Source: Alphaproteobacteria bacterium (lineage in GTDB: Bacteria > Pseudomonadota > Alphaproteobacteria > JAJTHO01 > CANGXP01). Taken from it: 31,958 nt of DNA. Position numbers and translations under genes: made by a program. Positions 25,706-31,958 of the stretch are shown in pieces. Positions within the stretch are counted from its first letter, which is position 1. Each line of letters starts with the position of its first letter. The DNA is taken from assembly GCA_044376545.1 (NCBI GenBank), contig JBILKT010000001.1, positions 1-31,958 of the forward strand. The letters are read 5' to 3'. The notes under the pieces were generated by a model that saw nothing but the letters and a program-made list of their open reading frames with translations, was not told the origin of the DNA and did not search any database.

Positions 25706-25829
25706 CAGGGCGATTGCATTAGAAAAAATAACTCATTGAAAAATAATGGTTTTTCAGAATTTTAACATTAAAGCCTATCGCGTAACATATTGTTTTTAAA
25801 AGAATAAAATTCCTAATGCGATTGCCCTG
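25706..25829. mobile_element. 124-bp MITE with CAGGG ends (ISAs1-like), copy 2
   Basis: Same TIRs as copy 1; a different perfect 10-bp flanking direct repeat taattaaggg (25696-25705, 25830-25839). Confidence 0.93.
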
Positions 25830-25895
25830 TAATTAAGGGTTGCGTTTGTGTGGTACGTTGTTAAAACAAGCAGAAAATAAGAGAGCCCTGCCGTA

Positions 25896-27602
25896 ATGAC
25901 TGATCAAAAAAACTTCTTACTCGCTATTGTCATCTCAACCGCTATTATCATGGGCTATCAGTTTTTCTATGAAAAGCCACGGTTGGAGGCCTTGCGTCTG
26001 CAAACAGAACGACAAGAAGCCTTGAAAAAAGAGGCTCTCCCTATTGCTGCAAAGCCAGTGCTTTCTAAAAAGATGACCCGCGAACAGGCAATCACCGAAA
26101 GCCCGCGTATTGCCATTAAAACACCAGCCTTAACAGGAACAGTTTCTCTAAAAGGTGCCCGCTTTGATGATATCCACCTAGAAAATTACCGCACTGAGGT
26201 GGACCCAAAAAGCTCTGCTGTTGCCCTGCTTTCTCCTAGCAACACAGAACATGGCTATTTTGCGGAACTCGGCTGGCTATCGCCTAATGCCCAAACCATT
26301 GCGCCGACCAGTGATACGGTTTGGCAAACATCTAATACCAGCTTAACGCCGCAAACGCCGCTCACCCTATCATGGGATAACGGGGCAGGCGTTCGTTTTG
26401 AAATAACCTACGCTATTGATGACCAATACATGATTACGGCGACAACCCGCGCCATCAATACCACAAAACAGGCGATTGATCTGCATCCGTTTGGGCTTAT
26501 TCAACGGCTTGGTTCGCCCGTAAAAGAAAATACAGGCATCCACGCAGGATCAATCGGCACTTTTGATAAAGTCTTAGAAGAAACGGATTATAAAAAGCTG
26601 GAAGAAAAAGGGATTCTAGAAAACACGGCAACGCAAGGCTGGGTGGGGATTAGTGATAAGTATTGGTTGACCGCGCTCATCCCACAAGAGGGCGTAAACA
26701 CACAGTTCCGGCAACAAGCCCTGCCGCGTGAAGAAGGAATAGTGTATCAAACTGATTTTATTGCGCAAAAGAAAACGGTGCAACCCAATGAAACCATTAC
26801 GTTCACAACGCGTTTTTATGCAGGTGCAAAGCAAGTCGAACTGCTAGATAGTTATAGCGAAAAACTTGGCATTCCGCTGTTTGATCGCGCGGTGAATTTT
26901 GGCTTGCTGTATATTATCACGAAGCCCCTGTTTTATGCCTTGCATTATCTTTATGCTTTTACAGGTAACTTTGGTTGGGCGATTGTGATTCTCACCGTGT
27001 TGGTGCGCCTCGTGCTGCTTGGGCCTTTAGCGCATAAGTCTTATAAATCCATGAATGCGCTTAAAGAACTGCAGCCGCATATGGAAAAGCTCAAAGAAAA
27101 ACACGGCGATGACAAAATGAAGCTGCATCAAGAAATTGCAGCGATGTATAAGCGTGAAAAAGTGAACCCCGTGGCGGGTTGCTTGCCCATTCTCATCCAA
27201 ATCCCTGTGTTTATTGCTCTTTATCGTGTGTTGATGATTTCTCTTGAAATGCGCCATGCCCCGTTCTTTGGCTGGGTGCGTGATTTATCCGCTCCCGATA
27301 CGGCAAATATTTTCACCGCCTTTGGCTACCTCAATATCCCCATGTTACCGTCTTTCTTGCATGTGGGCGTGTGGCCGTTGTTGATGGGCATTACCATGTT
27401 CCTCAGTCAAAGAATGAATCCCAAACCCACTGATAAAACACAAGAAATTATGTTTAATCTGATGCCGATTATCTTTACGTTTGTTACGGCAACATTACCT
27501 GCAGGACTTGCAGTTTACTGGACATTTAGCAACATCGCCTCCATCGCCCAACAGGCACTGACGAAAAAGAGTGTTGCGAAACAAAAAGCCGCTAAAGCGT
27601 AA
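25896..27602 (+). CDS. yidC: Membrane protein insertase YidC
   Basis: MTDQKNFLLAI, periplasmic domain with DKYWLTALIP, GNFGWAIVILTV, LYKREKVNP-like segment, GCLPILIQIPVF, LAVYWTFSN. Confidence 0.97.
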   Translation: MTDQKNFLLAIVISTAIIMGYQFFYEKPRLEALRLQTERQEALKKEALPIAAKPVLSKKMTREQAITESPRIAIKTPALTGTVSLKGARFDDIHLENYRTEVDPKSSAVALLSPSNTEHGYFAELGWLSPNAQTIAPTSDTVWQTSNTSLTPQTPLTLSWDNGAGVRFEITYAIDDQYMITATTRAINTTKQAIDLHPFGLIQRLGSPVKENTGIHAGSIGTFDKVLEETDYKKLEEKGILENTATQGWVGISDKYWLTALIPQEGVNTQFRQQALPREEGIVYQTDFIAQKKTVQPNETITFTTRFYAGAKQVELLDSYSEKLGIPLFDRAVNFGLLYIITKPLFYALHYLYAFTGNFGWAIVILTVLVRLVLLGPLAHKSYKSMNALKELQPHMEKLKEKHGDDKMKLHQEIAAMYKREKVNPVAGCLPILIQIPVFIALYRVLMISLEMRHAPFFGWVRDLSAPDTANIFTAFGYLNIPMLPSFLHVGVWPLLMGITMFLSQRMNPKPTDKTQEIMFNLMPIIFTFVTATLPAGLAVYWTFSNIASIAQQALTKKSVAKQKAAKA

Positions 27603-28225
27603 TGTCATCCCCACACACCGCTAACGTAGAAAAGTTCTTTCACAGCCCTTGTGTGTTTGTTGCGGGCGCAATGACGAAGGATAGGGTGCCGCCGCCTAGC
27701 GCAATTCCTGAATTTGCTTTTGCAGGGCGCTCTAATGTGGGGAAATCAAGCCTGCTTAATGCGCTCGTCGGGCAGAAAAATTTGGTGCGCACCAGCAAAA
27801 CCCCTGGGCGAACCCAACAAATTAACTTCTTTGCGCTCGGCACACGCCTGCATCTTGTCGATTTACCAGGGTATGGCTATGCCGCTGTGGGTAAACAAAA
27901 AGTACGGTTATGGACAGAACTCATGCAGGACTATCTCCAGCATCGCAGTTCCTTGCGTCGCATTTTTGTGCTCATTGATAGTCGTCATGGCATTAAAGAC
28001 AATGACCACGAATTCATGGATTTTCTTGATGCCTGCGCCGTAACCTATCAGTTGGTGCTCACTAAAACCGATAAACTTTCCGCATCTGCCTTAACCGCGA
28101 TGCTTGAAACCGTTGCAACAGACGCGTTACAACACCCCGCAGCATTACCCGATATTCTTGCTACCAGCGCTGATAAAAAAGACGGGATCAAATCTTTACG
28201 TCAAACAATTTACGGATTGCTGTAG
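27602..28225 (+). CDS. engB: Ribosome biogenesis GTPase YihA/EngB
   Basis: FAGRSNVGKSS (G1), SKTPGRTQ, DLPGYG (G3), TKTD (G4); TAATG overlap with yidC. Confidence 0.95.
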   Translation: MSSPHTANVEKFFHSPCVFVAGAMTKDRVPPPSAIPEFAFAGRSNVGKSSLLNALVGQKNLVRTSKTPGRTQQINFFALGTRLHLVDLPGYGYAAVGKQKVRLWTELMQDYLQHRSSLRRIFVLIDSRHGIKDNDHEFMDFLDACAVTYQLVLTKTDKLSASALTAMLETVATDALQHPAALPDILATSADKKDGIKSLRQTIYGLL

Positions 28226-28319
28226 GGCACCCCTAAAAAACCCTTTTATCGGGATGAGTGGCTAATACCAATCCGCTTAAGTTTCTAATACCAATCATCT
28301 TTGAAACCCAAAGGAAAAA

Positions 28320-28397
28320 TGGACCCCAGCCTTCGCTGGGGATTCGACTGAAGTAGGCAACCACCCCGAGCGAATCCCCAGCGAAGGCAGGGGGCCA
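28320..28397. repeat. Inverted REP doublet (REPIN-like) between convergent engB and glyA
   Basis: tggaccccagccttcgctggggattcg (28320-28346) and cgaatccccagcgaaggcagggggcca (28371-28397) are inverted copies (25/27); each is itself a hairpin; spacer 24 nt. Confidence 0.85.
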
Positions 28398-28426
28398 GAA
28401 AATCCTGCTTTTGATGATTATGGCCA

Positions 28427-29731
28427 TTAACTATAAATCGGAAACTTCTTGCAGAGCTCTTTCACTTTAGCGTTCACCGCAGCTTCAACAGCGGCATTGC
28501 CAGCTTCACCATTCGCGCTTAAGCCTTCCAGCACGTCAACAATCAGGTTGCCAATGAGGCGGAATTCTGTAACGCCAAAGCCCCGCGTTGTTCCAGCAGG
28601 CGTGCCAAGGCGAATGCCTGAGGTAATCGCTGGTTTTTCAGGGTCAAACGGAATTGCGTTTTTATTACAGGTGATGCCTGCACGTTCTAAACTATCCGCG
28701 CCTGTTTTTCCTGTTACCTTTTTCGGGCGGAGGTCAACCAGCACGAGGTGGCTATCTGTGCCGCCTGAGTAAATCGCCAAACCACGCTCCACCAGCACGC
28801 TGCCTAATGCTTGTGCGTTCGCAACAACAGCTTTTGCATACTCTTTGAAGGAGGGGTGCAATGCTTCGCCAAACGCAACAGCCTTGCCTGCAATCACGTG
28901 CATCAAAGGTCCGCCCTGCAATCCAGGGAAAACGGCTGAGTTGATTTTTTTGCCTAACTCTTCATCGTTCGACAAAATCATCCCGCCACGAGGCCCGCGC
29001 AAGGTTTTGTGCGTCGTGGTTGTTACAACATGCGCGTGGGGCAATGGGCTGGGGTAGACACCGCCTGCAACAAGACCCGCAAAATGCGCCATATCCACCA
29101 TGAAAAACGCGCCGACTTTATCCGCAATGGCACGGAATCGCGCGAAATCAATCACGCGGGAATAGGCAGATCCGCCTGCGATAATCAGCTTAGGGTTATG
29201 CTCAACCGCCAATTTTTCAACAGCATCATAGTCAATCAGCCCAGTATCTTCGCGCACACCATATTGCACTGCGTTAAACCATTTGCCTGATTGGCTGGGG
29301 GCAGCCCCATGCGTTAAATGCCCCCCTGCCGCCAAAGACATCCCCAAAATGGTATCGTTTGGCTTAATAAGCGTGAGGAAAACGGCTTGGTTGGCTTGTG
29401 CGCCTGAATGGGGTTGCACGTTCGCAAAGGCACAATTAAAGAGCTTTTTCGCACGCTCAATCGCGAGTTCTTCAGCAATATCAACATACTCACAGCCACC
29501 ATAGTAGCGTTTGTGCGGATAGCCTTCTGCGTATTTGTTGGTGAGCACAGAGCCTTGCGCCTCAATAACCGCTTTAGAAACAATGTTTTCTGAGGCAATC
29601 AGCTCAATTTGCTCTTGCTGGCGTTGCAATTCAAGCGTGATGGAATTCAGCACGGCAGGGTCGCGCTGCGCCAGGGTGCCGTGGAAAAAATCAGGGGTGT
29701 TTTGAGAAATATTCGCAGCAACAACAGACAT
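28427..29731 (-). CDS. glyA: Serine hydroxymethyltransferase
   Basis: [51 protein letters not shown] (PLP lysine), SGIRLGTPA. Confidence 0.98.
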   Translation of the reverse strand: MSVVAANISQNTPDFFHGTLAQRDPAVLNSITLELQRQQEQIELIASENIVSKAVIEAQGSVLTNKYAEGYPHKRYYGGCEYVDIAEELAIERAKKLFNCAFANVQPHSGAQANQAVFLTLIKPNDTILGMSLAAGGHLTHGAAPSQSGKWFNAVQYGVREDTGLIDYDAVEKLAVEHNPKLIIAGGSAYSRVIDFARFRAIADKVGAFFMVDMAHFAGLVAGGVYPSPLPHAHVVTTTTHKTLRGPRGGMILSNDEELGKKINSAVFPGLQGGPLMHVIAGKAVAFGEALHPSFKEYAKAVVANAQALGSVLVERGLAIYSGGTDSHLVLVDLRPKKVTGKTGADSLERAGITCNKNAIPFDPEKPAITSGIRLGTPAGTTRGFGVTEFRLIGNLIVDVLEGLSANGEAGNAAVEAAVNAKVKELCKKFPIYS

Positions 29732-29735
29732 TTAG

Positions 29736-30170
29736 TTAGTATCCTCTCAATTTTTCAAGACGACGTTCGTGGCGTTCGCCCCCTGCAAAAGCGGTATTGA
29801 GAAACACCTCTACACAATCTTTTGCGGTTTCTTCGCCTATTAATCTTGCGCCCATCACTAGCACATTTGCATCATTATGCAAGCGTGACAATTGTGCGGA
29901 GAGATGGTCATGGCACAGAGCCGCCCGAATGTGCACAAAGCGATTCGCGGCAATGCTCATGCCAATGCCAGATCCACAAAGGAGAATACCTTGTGTTGCC
30001 TCAACGGGAATTTTTTCGGATAAGGCTGCGGCAATATCGGGATAATCCACCAATTCTGCAGAATATGCGCCCACATCCACCACCGCATAGCCCGACGCCA
30101 TCAGGTGTGCTTTGAGGATTTCTTTTAAGGAGAAGGCGGCGTGGTCTGCGCCAATGAGGAGTGTTTTCAT
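29736..30170 (-). CDS. rpiB: Ribose-5-phosphate isomerase B (144 aa from ATG 30170)
   Basis: IGADHA, DYPD, GILLCGSGIGMSIAANR, HNDANVL, FAGG.RH.RRL. Confidence 0.96.
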   Translation of the reverse strand: MKTLLIGADHAAFSLKEILKAHLMASGYAVVDVGAYSAELVDYPDIAAALSEKIPVEATQGILLCGSGIGMSIAANRFVHIRAALCHDHLSAQLSRLHNDANVLVMGARLIGEETAKDCVEVFLNTAFAGGERHERRLEKLRGY

Positions 30171-30475
30171 TATGCTACTGTATACCCAAACGGGTGCACT
30201 TCTGCAACAATATCCGTACCGTTTTGCTGTTGAATACGCTCTAAATCGTAATGATTTTGCAAATTTAACCAAAAAGCAGGATCAATACTAAAAAAGCGTC
30301 CCAAGCGCAACGCCGTTTCTGCCGTAATGGCGCGTTTGCCGCGCACAATTTCACTAATACGCATTGCGGGCACATGCAACGCCTTCGCCAAAGCATATTG
30401 GCTTAATCCCATGGGTTTCATAAATTCTTCTTCTAAAACGTTACCGGGGGTAACTGGCAAGAAATCTGGAGTCAT
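30170..30475 (-). CDS. higA: HigA-family antitoxin (XRE HTH), second module
   Basis: TPGNVLEEEFMKPMGLSQYALAKAL.VP..RISEIV.GKRAITAETALRLG.FF...P.FWLNLQ; SD GAGGA after the toxin stop. Confidence 0.93.
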   Translation of the reverse strand: MTPDFLPVTPGNVLEEEFMKPMGLSQYALAKALHVPAMRISEIVRGKRAITAETALRLGRFFSIDPAFWLNLQNHYDLERIQQQNGTDIVAEVHPFGYTVA

Positions 30476-30489
30476 TATTTTTTATCCTC

Positions 30490-30771
30490 TCAATGATAAT
30501 CAACAATCTCAACGTTTTCCGCATGCCCTTCTGCAAATTGGAAGCACAGACGATATTGTTGATTAATACGAATACTGTATTGTCCTAAACGGTCTCCTTT
30601 TAAGGCTTCCAAGCGATTCCCTGGTGGATGCAGCAGGCTTTCAATCGTCACAATCGCATTCAATGCCGCAAGTTTTGTGCGTGCCGATGTTTGAATATGC
30701 AACGGTAGCTTTGCCGATCGGAATCCCTTGAAAATCTTTTCTGTTTCTTTGCAGCGGAAACTTTTTATCAT
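30490..30771 (-). CDS. higB: HigB-family toxin, second module
   Basis: MIKSF, PPGNRLEALKGDR, SIRINQQYRLCF, VDYH; about 42/93 identical to the first HigB by manual alignment. Confidence 0.93.
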   Translation of the reverse strand: MIKSFRCKETEKIFKGFRSAKLPLHIQTSARTKLAALNAIVTIESLLHPPGNRLEALKGDRLGQYSIRINQQYRLCFQFAEGHAENVEIVDYH

Positions 30772-30777
30772 GAGGTG

Positions 30778-30806
30778 ATGTTATCGTTAAACAATAATAT
30801 TGTCAA
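30778..30806 (-). promoter_or_regulatory. Sigma70-type promoter of higBA-2 with a palindromic operator candidate
   Basis: Minus strand TTGACA-N17-TAACAT, ending 6 nt before the higB ATG; palindrome acaata-a-tattgt (30791-30803) overlaps the spacer and -35. Confidence 0.75.
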
Positions 30807-30835
30807 GCAATATTACAAACAGCAATATTACAAAC
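30806..30835. repeat. Perfect 15-bp tandem duplication
   Basis: agcaatattacaaac twice (30806-30820, 30821-30835). Confidence 0.9.
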
Positions 30836-30840
30836 GTGGG

Positions 30841-30869
30841 TTGACGAACGATTTTCTCGCCGCTAACGT
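30841..30869 (+). promoter_or_regulatory. Candidate sigma70 promoter of livH
   Basis: TTGACG-N17-TAACGT about 30 nt upstream of ATG 30900. Confidence 0.6.
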
Positions 30870-30899
30870 CACAAAAATTTAACGTGAATCAAAGTACGC

Positions 30900-31802
30900 A
30901 TGGATTATTTCCTCCAACAACTCATCAACGGCATCACGTTAGGCGCGATTTACGGGCTTATCGCGCTAGGCTACACGATGGTGTATGGGATTGTCGGCAT
31001 GATTAATTTTGCCCATGGCGAGATTTACATGATCGCTGCGTTTATTGGCTTTCTCTCGTTTTTGTTGCTGGCAAGTCTTGGCGTGACATCGGTTATTGTA
31101 ACCCTCATACTCGTTTTGGTTATCAGTATGGTTTTTACCAGTGTGTATGGCTTTGCGGTGGAACGCGTGGCGTATCGTCCCTTACGCAATGCCCCGAAAC
31201 TCGCCCCGCTGATTTCCGCGATTGGGATGTCGATTTTCCTGCAAAATTATGTGCAACTGACGCAAGGGGCGCGGGTGAAGTCGCTCCCGCCTGTGTTCAC
31301 AGAAAATTTTCATCTCACCGATTCCTTGACAATTAGCACAGTACAACTACTGATTATAGGCACTACCGCCTTGTTATTGCTCGGTTTCAGCTACTTGATT
31401 AATAAAACCCCGCTGGGACGGGCGCAACGCGCCTGTGAACAAGACCGAAAAATGGCGGCGTTAGTCGGCGTTGATGTGGATATAACCATTTCACTCACCT
31501 TTGTATTGGGGGCAGCTTTGGCGGCGGTGGCAGGCGTGATGGTGATTCTTTATTATGGTGTGCTGGATTTTTACATGGGGTTCTTAGCTGGCATGAAAGC
31601 GTTTGTGGCGGCGGTTTTGGGCGGCATTGGCTCGTTATCGGGGGCAATGCTGGGCGGCTTGCTCATTGGACTGATTGAATCGTTTTGGGCAGCCTACATG
31701 GGCGGTGACTATAAGAATGTCGCCGTGTTTGCCGTCCTCATGCTGGTGTTGGTGGTGCGCCCGAATGGACTGTTGGGGCGCAAACAGGTGGAGAAGGTGT
31801 AG
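30900..31802 (+). CDS. livH: Branched-chain amino acid ABC transporter permease LivH
   Basis: QQLINGITLGAIYGLIALGYTMVYGI.GMINFAHGE, VAYRPLR, LISAIGMS, KAFVAAVLGGIGS, RPNGLLG. Confidence 0.96.
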   Translation: MDYFLQQLINGITLGAIYGLIALGYTMVYGIVGMINFAHGEIYMIAAFIGFLSFLLLASLGVTSVIVTLILVLVISMVFTSVYGFAVERVAYRPLRNAPKLAPLISAIGMSIFLQNYVQLTQGARVKSLPPVFTENFHLTDSLTISTVQLLIIGTTALLLLGFSYLINKTPLGRAQRACEQDRKMAALVGVDVDITISLTFVLGAALAAVAGVMVILYYGVLDFYMGFLAGMKAFVAAVLGGIGSLSGAMLGGLLIGLIESFWAAYMGGDYKNVAVFAVLMLVLVVRPNGLLGRKQVEKV

Positions 31803-31803
31803 T

Positions 31804-31958
31804 ATGAACAAAAACTTCCTTACTTTCTTACTTCCTGTATTCCTTACTTTCCTACTTTCCTTACCCCTCCTTGGTTTTTTTGCCCAAGAAAACAGCAAGG
31901 ATATTTTGCTGGTACAACGCTGGGACTGGGTTTTATACGCAACAGTCTCGGTTTTCTT
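31804..31958 (+). CDS. livM: Probable LivM permease N-terminus, cut off by the window edge
   Basis: ATG 1 nt after the livH stop; open hydrophobic frame MNKNFLTFLLPVFLTFLLSLPLLGFF...RWDWVLYATVSVF; the name rests mainly on gene order. Confidence 0.6.
   Translation, partial: MNKNFLTFLLPVFLTFLLSLPLLGFFAQENSKDILLVQRWDWVLYATVSVF

Noticed and set aside
18802-25829. The repeated 124-bp sequence, or the heptamer and REP repeats, as a CRISPR array
   Set aside because: No regularly spaced repeat-spacer units and no cas genes; the copies are dispersed and have TIRs and target duplications.
28233-28427. 64-aa ORF following glyA
   Set aside because: It runs through the REP doublet and has no coding features.
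20756-30272. Long N-terminal extensions in the ORF track for ispG (20845), TPR protein (22591), def (22439) and rpiB (30272)
   Set aside because: Family motifs begin at downstream ATGs (20755, 22510, 22592, 30170); the extensions overlap neighbouring genes or promoters.
91-31898. Numerous antisense or alternate-frame ORFs nested in housekeeping genes (e.g. 91..651, 13803..14396, 14762..15343, 23948..24433)
   Set aside because: Shadows of well-supported genes with no independent motifs or ribosome-binding sites.
1-31958. tRNA, rRNA, tmRNA or riboswitch genes
   Set aside because: No cloverleaf, T-loop or other recognisable signature was found by eye in the intergenic gaps; an Infernal/Rfam scan would be needed to exclude small RNAs.

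Overview
Alphaproteobacterial chromosome segment, mostly housekeeping blocks. From left to right: partial typA; a GT2 glycosyltransferase/SAM-methyltransferase pair followed by a higBA toxin-antitoxin module; anmK; nrdR-ribD; amiC-PBP1A-prfB (prfB has the programmed +1 frameshift CTT-TGA-C) divergent from rne; ispG-hisS-prfA-prmC interrupted by a DUF2059-like lipoprotein and two orphan ORFs; yccA; a TPR lipoprotein; def-fmt-truA; rpmH-rnpA-yidD-yidC-engB; a second higBA fused to rpiB-glyA; livH and the start of livM. No rRNA, tRNA, CRISPR array or transposase was seen. The unusual content is intergenic, with at least four kinds of small non-autonomous palindromic element. (1) Two near-identical 124-bp MITEs with CAGGG ends, perfect 10-bp target duplications and IHF-like sites (ISAs1-like). 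(2) Two TA-flanked rod-like palindromes sharing a centred AAGTGTAC-N6-GTACATG core (Rickettsia-palindromic-element-like). (3) A REP doublet. (4) A heptamer-repeat hairpin. Both higB toxin genes look leaderless while both antitoxins have SD sites. All analysis was by eye; no database searches were run.
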